Assembly: GCA_947455205.1 (NCBI GenBank)
Contig: CANGNF010000009.1
Coordinates: 13,659 to 77,658 of the forward strand
Direction of reading: 5' to 3'
Source: Acetobacteraceae bacterium
GTDB lineage: Bacteria; Pseudomonadota; Alphaproteobacteria; Acetobacterales; Acetobacteraceae
Length of the DNA: 64,000 bases
Of the stretch, positions 18,567 through 27,821 are shown piece after piece. The position numbers were made by a program, and so were the translations under genes. Each line of letters starts with the position of its first letter. Positions within the stretch are counted from its first letter, which is position 1. Below the pieces are notes generated by a model, which saw only the letters and a program-made list of their open reading frames with translations, was not told the origin of the DNA and ran no database searches.

Positions 18567-20186
18567 ATGACGGAGAAACTGACCGGCGCGGGCGCTGTGG
18601 CGCGGGCGATGCGGATGGCCGGGGTGACGCGCGCCTACGGCGTGCCGGGCGGCGGCAGCAGCCTGGACCTGATGGCCGCCTGCAAGGTGGAAGGCATTCC
18701 CTTCATCCTGGCCCGGCAGGAAACCGCGGCGGTGGTGATGGCCGCCGCCGAGGCCGAGGCCAGCGGCCGGCCCACCGCGGTGGTGGTCACCCGCGGCCCC
18801 GGCGTGGCCAATGCGGTGAACGGCATGGCCATCGCCAGCCTGGAGCGCAACCCGGTGCTGCTGCTGGCCGATGGCTTCGGCGCCACCGAACGCGCCTATG
18901 CCAACCACCAATACGTGGACCACGCCGCGCTGCTGCGCCCGGTGGTCAAGGCCAGCGCCGCCGCGCTGGAGCCGGAAGCCGCCGCCGGCGCGATGACGGC
19001 GATGCTGCTGGCGACCGCGATGGCGGAGCCGCGCGGCCCGGTGCTGCTGGAGCTGAGCGGCAGGGCGGCCAAGGCGCCGGCCCTGCCGCTGCCGGCGGTG
19101 ACCACGCCCGGTGCCCCCGCCCTGCCCGAGCTGGCCGCGGCCCGCGCGCTGCTGGCCGGTGCCAGGCGCCCGGTGCTGGTGGCGGGGCTGGAGGTGCGCG
19201 GCGCCGAGGCCCCCGCCTTCCGCGCCCTGGCGGAGGCGCTGGGGTGCCCGGCGCTGGTGACCTACAAGGCCAAGGGCGCGATCCCCGACGCGCACCCGCT
19301 GTTCGGCGGCGTCTTCACCGCCAGCCATGCCGAGGCGGCGCTGCTGCGCCAGGCCGACCTGATCGTGCTGGCCGGCGCCGACCCGGTGGAGTTCTTCGCC
19401 CAGCCCTGGCGCTACAGTGTGCCGGTGCTGGAACTGGGCACCGCGCCCCGCCCGGTGCACTACCGCACGCCCGCCGTTGCGGTGTACGGCCCGCTGGCCC
19501 CTGCCCTGGCCGCGCTGGCCGCAGGTGCCGGGCGCAGCGCCTGGGAGCCGACCGAGATCGCCGCCGCCCGCGGCGCCTGGGCGGAAAGCCTGCGCAACCG
19601 CGCCGGCGGCAATGCCGGGCTTTCCCCCACCGAGGTGGTGGAGCAGGCCCAGGCCGCCTGCCGCCGCACCGGGCGCCACCCGCGCATCGCGGTGGATGCC
19701 GGCGCGCACATGTTCCCCTGCACCAGCTTCTGGCAGGCGGAGGGACCGGGCGACCTGCTGATCAGCAACGGCCTGGCCAGCATGGGCTACGCGCTGCCGG
19801 CCGCCATCGGCGCAGCGCTGCATGAGCCTGGTCGCGGTGCCGTCGCCTTCACCGGGGATGGCGGGCTGCTGATGTGCCTGGGCGAGTTGGCCACCGCCTG
19901 CGCCGTGGGCGCCAAGGTGACGGTGGTGGTGTTCAACGACGCGACCCTCAGCCTGATCGACATCAAGAAGGAGGAGCGCGACATGCCCGCGGGCTCGCTC
20001 GGCTGGCCGCAGGTGGACTTCGCCGCGGTCATGCAGGGCTGCGGCGGGCTGGGGCTGCGGGCGCGCGACGCCGCCGAATACGCCGCCGCGCTGGACCAGG
20101 CGCTGGCGCATGACGGGCCGGCGCTGGTGGATGTGCTGGTGGACCCCGGCAGCTACCCGGCGCAGATCAAGGCGCTTCGGGGCTAA
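18567..20186 (+). CDS. Thiamine pyrophosphate-dependent enzyme (acetolactate synthase large-subunit-like)
   Basis: 539 aa. Contains GVPGGGSSLDLM and GPGVANAVNGMA. The TPP motif is FTGDGGLLMCLGELATA...VVVFNDATL. Confidence 0.85.
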   Translation: MTEKLTGAGAVARAMRMAGVTRAYGVPGGGSSLDLMAACKVEGIPFILARQETAAVVMAAAEAEASGRPTAVVVTRGPGVANAVNGMAIASLERNPVLLLADGFGATERAYANHQYVDHAALLRPVVKASAAALEPEAAAGAMTAMLLATAMAEPRGPVLLELSGRAAKAPALPLPAVTTPGAPALPELAAARALLAGARRPVLVAGLEVRGAEAPAFRALAEALGCPALVTYKAKGAIPDAHPLFGGVFTASHAEAALLRQADLIVLAGADPVEFFAQPWRYSVPVLELGTAPRPVHYRTPAVAVYGPLAPALAALAAGAGRSAWEPTEIAAARGAWAESLRNRAGGNAGLSPTEVVEQAQAACRRTGRHPRIAVDAGAHMFPCTSFWQAEGPGDLLISNGLASMGYALPAAIGAALHEPGRGAVAFTGDGGLLMCLGELATACAVGAKVTVVVFNDATLSLIDIKKEERDMPAGSLGWPQVDFAAVMQGCGGLGLRARDAAEYAAALDQALAHDGPALVDVLVDPGSYPAQIKALRG

Positions 20187-20194
20187 GGTGAGTA

Positions 20195-20222
20195 CGCCGG
20201 GCGGGTTGCGGCCCGCCCGGCG
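20195..20222. terminator. Bidirectional intrinsic-terminator-like hairpin between convergent genes
   Basis: A perfect 11-bp GC stem, CGCCGGGCGGG (20195-20205) with CCCGCCCGGCG (20212-20222), and a 6-nt loop. It starts 9 nt after the TAA stop. There is no U-tract. Confidence 0.6.
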
Positions 20223-20229
20223 CCCTGCC

Positions 20230-21639
20230 TCACAGCTTGGGCGAGGCCTTGTGCCAGTCGGTCACCTGCTGGAAGGCATCGGCCACCTTCAGCACCGTGC
20301 CCTCGGCAAAGGGCCGTCCCGCGAGTTGCAGCCCCACCGGCAGGCCCCGGTCGTCGAAGCCGCAGGGGATGCTGATGGTCGGCAGCCCCAGGTAGTTGAA
20401 CGGCCTGGTATTGGCCGACACCGCCATGAAGCGCGACCAGTTCGCCGGGTTTTCGTCGATGTCGGTCTCGGCCAGGGTCGGCACCCGGGTCTTCACGGTG
20501 GGCGTCGCCACCAGGTCGTAGCCGGTCAGCGTCTCGGCCACGAACTGCTTCAACAGCGGCCCACGCCGGGCCAGCGCCTCCACGTAGTAGTGCCCCGGCA
20601 CGGAATAGCCGCCGAACAGCCGCGCATTCAGGTGGATGGCGTAGTCCTGCGGATACTCGCGCATCCAGTTGGCGTGGATCGCCGCGCCCTCCACCCGGCT
20701 GATGATGGAGACGTAGGTGGCAATCGCCGCCATGCTCGGCGCCGCGACATGCTCCACGATGGCGCCACGGTCGCGCAGCGCCTGCATCGCGGCCTCGAAG
20801 GCGGCGACGACGGGGGCATCGGCGCCGTCGAAGTAGTAGGTGTCGCAGACCGCGATCCGCATGCCGCGGATGTCGCCGGTCAGCGCCGCCTCGTAGTCCT
20901 CCACCGGCTCCGGCGCGCTGGTGGCGTCGTTGGGGTCCTGGCCCGCGGTGATGGCGAGGAAGCGCGCCGCGTCCCGCGCGGTGCGGGTCAGCGGCCCGAC
21001 ATTGTCGCAGCTGAACGACAGCGGCATGACGGCGTAGCGGGAGACGCGGGTCTGCGTCGCCTTCAGCCCGGTGATACCGCAGATGCTGGCCGGCAGCCGG
21101 ATGGAGCCGCCGGTATCGCTGCCCAGCGCGGCGTAGAACAGCCGGCCGGCCACGCCCGAACCGGAGCCGGAAGACGACCCGCCGGTGCAGTAGTCCAGGT
21201 TCCACGGGTTGTGGCAGTGGCCGTAATGCGCGTTGTGCCCGGTGGGGTTCTGCGCGAACTCCGCCATGTTCAGCGTGCCCATGTCGATGGCACCCGCCGC
21301 ATCCAGCTTCAGCAGCACCGTCGCGGTCTTGTCGGCCACGAAGTCCTTCCGGATCTTGCTGCCGCAGGTGCTGACCTGGCCCTTACGGTAGTACATGTCC
21401 TTGTGCATCATCGGCACGCCGGCCAGCGGCCCGGCGGTGATGCCGATGGCGCGGGCATGGTCCGCGGCGGAAGCGGCATCCAGCGCCGCCTCGCGGTCCA
21501 GGCGGATGGTCACGTTCAGCTTGGCGTTGTGCGCGTCTATCCGCGCCAGGCAGGATCGCACCAGGACTTCCGCCTTCACCTCGCCACGGGCGAAGGCATC
21601 GGCGGCCTCGGTCATCGAGAGTTCGGCCAGGTCGCTCAC
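20230..21639 (-). CDS. Amidase-signature family amidase
   Basis: Track ORF 20230..21783 trimmed to GTG 21639 (AAGGAG 8 nt upstream; GTGA overlap with the small upstream ORF). Contains GVPMMHKD and the signature GGSSSGSGSGVA...GSDTGGSIRLPAS. Confidence 0.85.
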   Translation of the reverse strand: MSDLAELSMTEAADAFARGEVKAEVLVRSCLARIDAHNAKLNVTIRLDREAALDAASAADHARAIGITAGPLAGVPMMHKDMYYRKGQVSTCGSKIRKDFVADKTATVLLKLDAAGAIDMGTLNMAEFAQNPTGHNAHYGHCHNPWNLDYCTGGSSSGSGSGVAGRLFYAALGSDTGGSIRLPASICGITGLKATQTRVSRYAVMPLSFSCDNVGPLTRTARDAARFLAITAGQDPNDATSAPEPVEDYEAALTGDIRGMRIAVCDTYYFDGADAPVVAAFEAAMQALRDRGAIVEHVAAPSMAAIATYVSIISRVEGAAIHANWMREYPQDYAIHLNARLFGGYSVPGHYYVEALARRGPLLKQFVAETLTGYDLVATPTVKTRVPTLAETDIDENPANWSRFMAVSANTRPFNYLGLPTISIPCGFDDRGLPVGLQLAGRPFAEGTVLKVADAFQQVTDWHKASPKL

Positions 21640-21842
21640 TTGCCCGGCTCCTTGCACTGGCGCAGCGCCAGCTCGAAGGAGGAGGGCTCGTCCTCGAACA
21701 CCATGGTGCCGCGCAGTTTCTTCATGTCGGCAATCAGCCCTGCCATGTCGGCAAGGCCCTGGCGTGCCGCCGTGTTCGGGCAATCGACGCCGCTCCAGCG
21801 GCGGATCGCCTCCATGGTCGGCGGGACGAGTTCGGGTTCCAT
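21636..21842 (-). CDS. 68-aa small protein, AtzG/DUF4089-like putative amidase partner subunit
   Basis: Hidden in the tail of shadow ORF 21636..22472. Sequence: MEPELVPPTMEAIRRWSGVDCPNTAARQGLADMAGLIADMKKLRGTMVFEDEPSSFELALRQCKEPGK. GGGGG lies about 9 nt upstream. Codons are GC3-rich. The stop overlaps the amidase GTG. Confidence 0.5.
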   Translation of the reverse strand: MEPELVPPTMEAIRRWSGVDCPNTAARQGLADMAGLIADMKKLRGTMVFEDEPSSFELALRQCKEPGK

Positions 21843-22008
21843 CGGCTTTGCCCCCTGGCTGTGCATCGGCGCGGCATGCGCGGCTGATTCACGGCCTGCG
21901 GCGCTACCGCCTTGGCCGATCAGACGCTGGTATCCTGTGCCGCGCCCCGGGGCTTCGCAAGCCGCGTGCCGCGTGGCAGCCTGACCGTAAAATGACGGGG
22001 AATGTTCG

Positions 22009-23004
22009 ATGCGCGTGGCCTTGACCGAGCCGGTGGAACCCATCGGCATGCAGGTGCTGCAACAGGCGGGGCTGGAGATCGTGGTCGGCCGCGGCGGCTC
22101 GCAGAGCCCGGACGAGCTGCGCGCGCTGTGCCGCGACGCCGATGCGGTGGTGGTGCGCCAACTGCTGCCGCCGGACCTGGCAAGCTGCTGCCCCCGGCTG
22201 CTGATCGCCTCCCGCCATGGCGTCGGCGTGGACCTGATCCCGGTGGAGGACTGCACCGCCAATGGTGTGGTCGTCAGCAACGTGCCCGGCGCCAATGCGG
22301 ATGCGGTGGCGGAGTTCGTCGTGGCGCAGATGCTGGCGGCCTCCCGCAATGCCCAGGCGATGAGTGCGAAGCTGCTCGGCGAGGGCTGGCTGCCGGCGCG
22401 GGCGATGAGTGCGCGCGCCTTCGAGCTGCGCGGGCGGACGGTCGGCATCGTCGGCGTCGGCGCCATCGGCACGCGCCTGGCGGAGATCGCGCATCACGGC
22501 TTCCGCATGAAGGTGCTGGGGCATCAGCGCCGGCCGGAAGCGCTGCCGGGTTTCGTGGACTATGCCACGCTGGAACGGCTGTTCAGCGAGAGCGACTTCG
22601 TCGTGCTGGCCTGCCCATTGACGCCGGAGACGCGCGGCCTGGCCTCCGCGGCGCTGATCGCGCGGATGAAGCCGGGGGCCTGGCTGTGCAACGTCTCCCG
22701 TGGCGGCACGGTGGATGAGCCGGCGCTGGTGGCGGCGTTGCAGCAGGGGCGCATCGGCGGCGCCGCGCTGGATGTGTTCGCGGCGCAACCGCTGGCCGAG
22801 GGCCATCCGCTGCGGGCGCTGCCGAACGTGGTGCTCTCGCCGCATTGCGCCGGCATTTCCGGCGAGAGTGCGACGCGGATGAGCCAGGTGAGCGCGGAGG
22901 AAGTGGTGCGCGTGCTGCGCGGGGAGAAGCCGATGAACTTCATCAATCCGGAAGCCTGGGAACGCCATTTGGCACGCCGCGCGAGCCTGGGGCTGCGGCC
23001 ATGA
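22009..23004 (+). CDS. D-isomer-specific 2-hydroxyacid dehydrogenase (phosphoglycerate dehydrogenase-like)
   Basis: 331 aa. Contains GRTVGIVGVGAIGTRLAEIA (Rossmann fold), SRGGTVDEPALVAAL and SPHCAG. Confidence 0.85.
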   Translation: MRVALTEPVEPIGMQVLQQAGLEIVVGRGGSQSPDELRALCRDADAVVVRQLLPPDLASCCPRLLIASRHGVGVDLIPVEDCTANGVVVSNVPGANADAVAEFVVAQMLAASRNAQAMSAKLLGEGWLPARAMSARAFELRGRTVGIVGVGAIGTRLAEIAHHGFRMKVLGHQRRPEALPGFVDYATLERLFSESDFVVLACPLTPETRGLASAALIARMKPGAWLCNVSRGGTVDEPALVAALQQGRIGGAALDVFAAQPLAEGHPLRALPNVVLSPHCAGISGESATRMSQVSAEEVVRVLRGEKPMNFINPEAWERHLARRASLGLRP

Positions 23005-24164
23005 GGATCACCGCCGTCCACGGCACCTGGGTGCATGTGCCGATTCCGCCGGAACGCCAGCACCTCAGCGACTTCGGCAGGCAGCCCAGCTTCGACAGTG
23101 TCATCGTGCGGATCGACACCGATGCCGGCATCACCGGCTGGGGCGAGGCCAAGGCCGGCGTCGCCAGCACCGCTTCCTGCGCGGGCCTTGCCGCCATCAT
23201 CAACCAGGACTTCGCGCCGCTGCTGCTGGGGCAGGACCCGCGCGACGTCAGCCGGTTGTGGGACGTGATGTACAACTTCCCCCGCCAGGGCTTCGCCATC
23301 GCGGAGGGCCATGTCTTCCCGGCGCTCGGCCGGCGCGGGCTGTCGGTTTCCGCCATCGCTGGCGTGGACATCGCGCTGTGGGACATCCTCGGCAAGTCGC
23401 TGAATGCACCGGTGTGGCGGCTGCTGGGCGGGCGGCGCGCCACACGCATGCCCGCCTATGCCAGCGGCGGCTGGGCCGATGCGGCGGGCATCGGCGCGCA
23501 GTTGCAGGGCTATATCGACAAGGGCGGCTTCGGCGCGGTGAAGATGCGTGTCGGCATCATGGATGGCTCGCCCGCCGCCTCCGCCGCCCGGGTGCGCGCT
23601 GCGCGCGCCGCGCTTGGGCCGAATGTGAAGCTGATGGCCGACGCGCACGGCACCTGGACCGTGGCCGAGGCAAAGGCGTTCTGCCGCATGGTCGAGGATT
23701 GCGACCTGTTCTGGTTCGAGGAACCGGTCTCGGCCGACGACAAGCAGGGCCAGGCGGAGGTACGCCGCAGCAGCAGCGTGCCGATCAGCAGCGGCGAAAG
23801 CGAGTTCACCCGGCACGACTTCCGCGAGCTGTGCGAGCTGCGCGCACTGGATGTATTGCAGCCGGACTTGGCCATTGCCGGCGGCCTCACCGAGGGGGTG
23901 CGGATCGGTGCCCTGGCCAGCGCCTTCAACCTGCGCCTGGCGCCGCATCTGTGGTCCGGCGCGCCGGCCTTCGCCGCCGGGCTGCACCTAGCCGCGAGTT
24001 CCAGCGCCGGCTTCATCCTGGAATACTCGCTGGGCCACAACCCCATGCTGCACGAGCTGATCGAGGAGGAATTCCCGGTCAGCGGCGGCTTCGTCGAGGT
24101 ACCGGAGCGGCCCGGCCTCGGCATCACCGTGCGCGAGGACTTCGTCGCGCGCTACGGGCGCTGA
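23001..24164 (+). CDS. Enolase-superfamily enzyme (mandelate racemase/muconate lactonizing family)
   Basis: Trimmed to ATG 23001 (ATGA overlap). Begins MRITAVHGTWVHVPI. Metal and acid-base motifs are AVKMRVG, ADAHGTW, FEEPV and SGESEF. Confidence 0.85.
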   Translation: MRITAVHGTWVHVPIPPERQHLSDFGRQPSFDSVIVRIDTDAGITGWGEAKAGVASTASCAGLAAIINQDFAPLLLGQDPRDVSRLWDVMYNFPRQGFAIAEGHVFPALGRRGLSVSAIAGVDIALWDILGKSLNAPVWRLLGGRRATRMPAYASGGWADAAGIGAQLQGYIDKGGFGAVKMRVGIMDGSPAASAARVRAARAALGPNVKLMADAHGTWTVAEAKAFCRMVEDCDLFWFEEPVSADDKQGQAEVRRSSSVPISSGESEFTRHDFRELCELRALDVLQPDLAIAGGLTEGVRIGALASAFNLRLAPHLWSGAPAFAAGLHLAASSSAGFILEYSLGHNPMLHELIEEEFPVSGGFVEVPERPGLGITVREDFVARYGR

Positions 24165-24182
24165 CGCCGTTCAAGGCGTCAG
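24161..24182. terminator. Hairpin between convergent genes (possible terminator)
   Basis: 8-bp stem CTGACGCC (24161-24168) with GGCGTCAG (24175-24182) and a 6-nt loop. It overlaps the TGA stop. Confidence 0.4.
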
Positions 24183-24200
24183 CGTGGGGATCGGTCCCGG

Positions 24201-25154
24201 CTACTTCGCCAGCCCGATGGCGCGGGCGACCTCGCCCAGCGCCTGGTATTCGGCGCGGGTGGCGGCCGCCATGTCGGCGCCCAGCTGCAGCCGGTAGGTG
24301 GCGCCCTGGCTTTCCACCAGCTGGCGGAAGGCGTCGGTGCGGGCGGCCTGGACGAAGGCCGTCTCCAGCCGCTGCATGCGGTCGGCGGGAATGCCGTTGG
24401 GCGCGATCAAACCCCACCAGATGGTGATGGCGTGGTCGGCCAGGCCCAGGCTGCCCAGGCCCTGGGCGTTGCGCAGCTCCGGGTGGTCCTCGGCCGTGGT
24501 CAGCATCAGGCACTTGGCGGTGCCGGCGCGGGCCGCGGTGATGACGCCGACGACGGAGCCGCCATAGAAGGTGATGTGGCGGCCGAGGAAGGCCGGCAGC
24601 GTCTGCCCGGCGCCCTGGAACGGCACCGTCGTCATTTGCATGTTCAGCCGGCGCAGGATGCGCTCCACGCCCAGGTGCATGGCGCCGCCCAGCCCCTCAT
24701 TGCCCCAGGTGTACTGGCCGGGGTGGGCGCGCACCACGTCCACCATCTCGCGCAGGCTGTTGGCGGGGAAATCCGGCTGAGCGCACAGCGCATAGGCCGA
24801 GTAGCCGACCGCGAGCATGCTGGTGAAGCTCTCGCTGGTGTAGCGGGCGCCGAGCGTATGCGGCGCCGAGGTCAGCGGCGTGTTCCAGATGAAGCCCAGC
24901 GTGTAGCCGTCCGGCCGCGCCTCCACCAGTTGCTGCACGCCGATGGTGCCGCTGGCGCCGGGGCGATTCTCGGTGATGACGTTCTGGCCCAGGATCGGGC
25001 CGGCCAGCTCCGCCAGCTTGCGGGCGAAGATGTCCGTGCCGCCGCCCGGGTTGATCGGCACGATGATGCGGAGCGGCCGTTCCGGGAAGGTCTGCGCCTT
25101 GGCCGGTGGCGCGAAGGCGAGCAGCAGGGGCAGCAACAGCAGGCTCAGGCGCAT
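24201..25154 (-). CDS. Bug-family (TctC) substrate-binding protein
   Basis: Track ORF 24201..25358 trimmed to MRLSLLLLPLLLAFAPPAKAQ. Contains FPERPLRIIVPINPGGGTD. Confidence 0.88.
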   Translation of the reverse strand: MRLSLLLLPLLLAFAPPAKAQTFPERPLRIIVPINPGGGTDIFARKLAELAGPILGQNVITENRPGASGTIGVQQLVEARPDGYTLGFIWNTPLTSAPHTLGARYTSESFTSMLAVGYSAYALCAQPDFPANSLREMVDVVRAHPGQYTWGNEGLGGAMHLGVERILRRLNMQMTTVPFQGAGQTLPAFLGRHITFYGGSVVGVITAARAGTAKCLMLTTAEDHPELRNAQGLGSLGLADHAITIWWGLIAPNGIPADRMQRLETAFVQAARTDAFRQLVESQGATYRLQLGADMAAATRAEYQALGEVARAIGLAK

Positions 25155-25272
25155 GGGGCGGGCTCCGGCGATGGTTTTGCCCCAGCATGAAGCAAGTGCG
25201 GGGCCAACGGTAGGATTTGCGCGCCGGCGCTTCCCGGCCATACTTCCCCCAACCCCTGCCGGAGAACCTGCC

Positions 25273-25965
25273 ATGAAGCTGATCGACCTGAGCCGCACGC
25301 TGTACCACAAGGCGCCGCGGCTGCCGAACCACCCGATGATCAACATCACCCAGTTCACCGACCACAGCGAGAAGCGCGTGGTGGATGGCTATGAGTTCTC
25401 CTCGGCCGTGCTGACGCTGAACATCGGCGACCATTCCGGCACCCATGTGGATGCGCCCTGCCACTTCGACGAGAAGCCGGGCGCGAAGGGCATCGACGAG
25501 ATGCCGCTGGAGAACTTCTTCACCGAGGCGGTCTGCCTCGACCTCTCTCACAAGGAGCTGAAGAGCGACATCAGCATCGAGGACCTGCAGGCCGCCGAGA
25601 AGGCCGCGGGCGTGGAGATCAAGGCTGGCGACACCGTGTTGCTGCACATGAATTTCTTCAACCGCACCTACGGCACGCCCGCCTTCATCGACGACTTCCC
25701 CGGCCTGACCAAGGAAAGCGCGACCTGGCTGGGCAAGAAGGGCATCATGATGTTCGGCGTGGAAGCCGCCAGCCCGGGCCGCCCGGGGCGCAGCAACTTC
25801 GAGGTGCACCATGTCTGCCGCGACCTCGGCTTCACCCACATGGAAGGCCTGGTGAACCTGGAGAAGCTGGTCGGCAAGGGCCGCTTCCGCTTCATCGGCT
25901 TCCCGCTGAAGATCAAGGGCGGCACCGGCAGCCCGATCCGCGCCGTGGCGATGCTGGACGAGTAG
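25273..25965 (+). CDS. Cyclase-family protein (bacterial kynurenine formamidase KynB-like metal hydrolase)
   Basis: Trimmed to ATG 25273. Begins MKLIDLSRTLY. The HxGTHxDxPxH motif appears as DHSGTHVDAPCH. Confidence 0.85.
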   Translation: MKLIDLSRTLYHKAPRLPNHPMINITQFTDHSEKRVVDGYEFSSAVLTLNIGDHSGTHVDAPCHFDEKPGAKGIDEMPLENFFTEAVCLDLSHKELKSDISIEDLQAAEKAAGVEIKAGDTVLLHMNFFNRTYGTPAFIDDFPGLTKESATWLGKKGIMMFGVEAASPGRPGRSNFEVHHVCRDLGFTHMEGLVNLEKLVGKGRFRFIGFPLKIKGGTGSPIRAVAMLDE

Positions 25966-25998
25966 CGGCGCCGGCGCGGCGGGTGGTCGCGGCCTGGG

Positions 25999-26595
25999 TC
26001 AGGTCGCCACCATCCGCACCGGCAACCCCGCGTAGTCCAGCCCGGCCAGCCAGGCCGGGCCGTCATGCGCCACGAAGCAGGCGGCGGCCAGCGCGGCGAA
26101 GGCCTGCTGCGCCGCCAGGTCCGCTTCCCCAAAGGTGCCGCGCGCCGCATTGGCGGTGATCAGCACGCCGAGATACTCGCCGCGCCACAGCAGCGGGGAG
26201 AACATCGAGGAGCCCGCGCGGAAGCTCTGCAATATCTTGACGAAGCTGTGGTGCAGCGCGGTGTCGTGCAGCAGCAGCGGGCGGCGGTGCTTCGCCACGT
26301 CGCCGGGGTGGCCAAGTTCGATGCCGACCAGCTCATGGTACTGCGCCGGCGCGAAGTTGACGGGCGCGCTGACCATGTGGTGCGCGCCATCCGGCGTGCG
26401 CAGGAAGACCGCGCAGGCGCTGCCCACGGTGGGCGGCGGGTTCTCGCGGAACGCGTTGGGCCGCAGCGCCGCACCGGGGTCGCCCAGCACCGCCGGCAGC
26501 GTATGGGTCACGCACCACAGCGCTTCCTCGGGGCCGGCGGCGGCACCGGCATCGGCGGCAACGCGCGCGAGCGCAAGCACCAGGTCACTGGTCAT
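25999..26595 (-). CDS. Stand-alone GAF-domain protein
   Basis: 198 aa. The core ACAVFLRTPDG...HPGDVAKHRRPLLLHD...SMFSPLLWRGEYLGVLITANAARGTFGEADL is GAF-like. No output domain is present. Confidence 0.6.
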   Translation of the reverse strand: MTSDLVLALARVAADAGAAAGPEEALWCVTHTLPAVLGDPGAALRPNAFRENPPPTVGSACAVFLRTPDGAHHMVSAPVNFAPAQYHELVGIELGHPGDVAKHRRPLLLHDTALHHSFVKILQSFRAGSSMFSPLLWRGEYLGVLITANAARGTFGEADLAAQQAFAALAAACFVAHDGPAWLAGLDYAGLPVRMVAT

Positions 26596-27719
26596 CAGGC
26601 ATCCTTCCAGGTGAAGCGGGCGAGGCGCGCGGCGCAGGGCACGAAGCCATGGCCGGGGCCGGTCGGCACGGCGGCCATGCCGCGCAGCACCGGCAGCGGG
26701 GCCGCCACCACGTCCTCGGCCAAATAGGGGTGGGTGACGCTGACGCCCCAGGACACATCCGCCACCACCGCCGCCAGGTGCAGCGTGGCCGCGGCCCCCA
26801 CCGAGGTCTCGGCGATCTTGCAGGCCAGGGTGGTCTGCAAGCCATGCGCCCTGGCGCGACGGTCCGCCGCCAGCGTCGGCAGCAAGCCGGCCAGCTTGAT
26901 CGCCTTCAGCCCGAAGCCGGCGACGGCGCCACGGGCGGCGTAGCGGTCGATCTCATCCGCGTCGTGCAGGCCTTCATCCAGGCAGAGCGGGCAGCCCATG
27001 GCTGCCAGTTCCGCCATGCCGTCCAGGTCGTCATCGGCGACGGGCTGTTCCAGGTAGTCCAGCGTGCCCGGCCGCAGTGCGCGCAGGAAGCGGCGGGCCG
27101 CCTCCAGGCTCCAGGCCATGTTCACGTCACCGGACAAGTGAGCCGCCGGCCCCAGCAGGGCGCGGGCGCGCTGCACCAGCGCGACATCGGCTTCCGGCGT
27201 GGCAGCCATGCCCAGCTTCAGCTTCACATGGCTGAAGCCCGCGTCGCGCGCGGCCTGCACGCCGGCCAGCGTGGCCTCCGGGTCAGCCTCCCCAACCATC
27301 CGGATGGCGGGCACCTCGGCCCGCAGCGAATCCCCCAGCAGCGACGAGAGCGGCAGGCCGGCGCGGCGGGCCAGCAGGTCCAGCACCGCCACCTCGGCCG
27401 CCGCCTTGGCGCCGGTATTGCCGCGGATGGCGCGGTCCAGCCGATGCGTCAGGTCGGCGGCGGTCAGCGGCGCCGCCAGCAGCGCCGGCGCCAGGAAGCG
27501 CCTGATGGCGCTGACCATGCCCGGCAACAACTCCCCGGTCATGGTCGGCGCGATCGAGGCCTCGCCCCAGCCCTCGCGGCCCTCCGCGTCCACCACGCGC
27601 ACCAGCAGCGTCTCGGCCACGCGGATGGTCTCGCTGGCCAGGCGCATCGGGTGAACAAGCGGCAGGGCCAGCGGCCAGGCTTCCACGGCAACCAGGCGCA
27701 ACGAGGGATCAAAGCTCAT
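26595..27719 (-). CDS. Enolase-superfamily enzyme (muconate cycloisomerase / dipeptide epimerase-like, KxK subgroup)
   Basis: Track ORF 26595..28559 trimmed to MSFDPSLRLVAVEAWPL (an alternative ATG lies at 27734). Contains HVKLKLG, GDVNMAW, YLEQPV and LDEGL. 1-nt overlap with the GAF gene start. Confidence 0.8.
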   Translation of the reverse strand: MSFDPSLRLVAVEAWPLALPLVHPMRLASETIRVAETLLVRVVDAEGREGWGEASIAPTMTGELLPGMVSAIRRFLAPALLAAPLTAADLTHRLDRAIRGNTGAKAAAEVAVLDLLARRAGLPLSSLLGDSLRAEVPAIRMVGEADPEATLAGVQAARDAGFSHVKLKLGMAATPEADVALVQRARALLGPAAHLSGDVNMAWSLEAARRFLRALRPGTLDYLEQPVADDDLDGMAELAAMGCPLCLDEGLHDADEIDRYAARGAVAGFGLKAIKLAGLLPTLAADRRARAHGLQTTLACKIAETSVGAAATLHLAAVVADVSWGVSVTHPYLAEDVVAAPLPVLRGMAAVPTGPGHGFVPCAARLARFTWKDA

Positions 27720-27821
27720 GCGCGACAGCACCATGGCCCGCCGCGCCAGGCAAGCGGGGCAGATTGGCCAAGCTGGCACGGTTGTGCCTAATGCGTGCAC
27801 TCGAACGCCCCGGAGGGACGC

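Noticed and set aside
27774-27787. Sigma54-like element TGGCACGGTTGTGC upstream of the GST gene
   Set aside because: The GG and GC dinucleotides are separated by 9 nt, not the invariant 10 nt. No bEBP activator gene is nearby. I treat it as a chance match.
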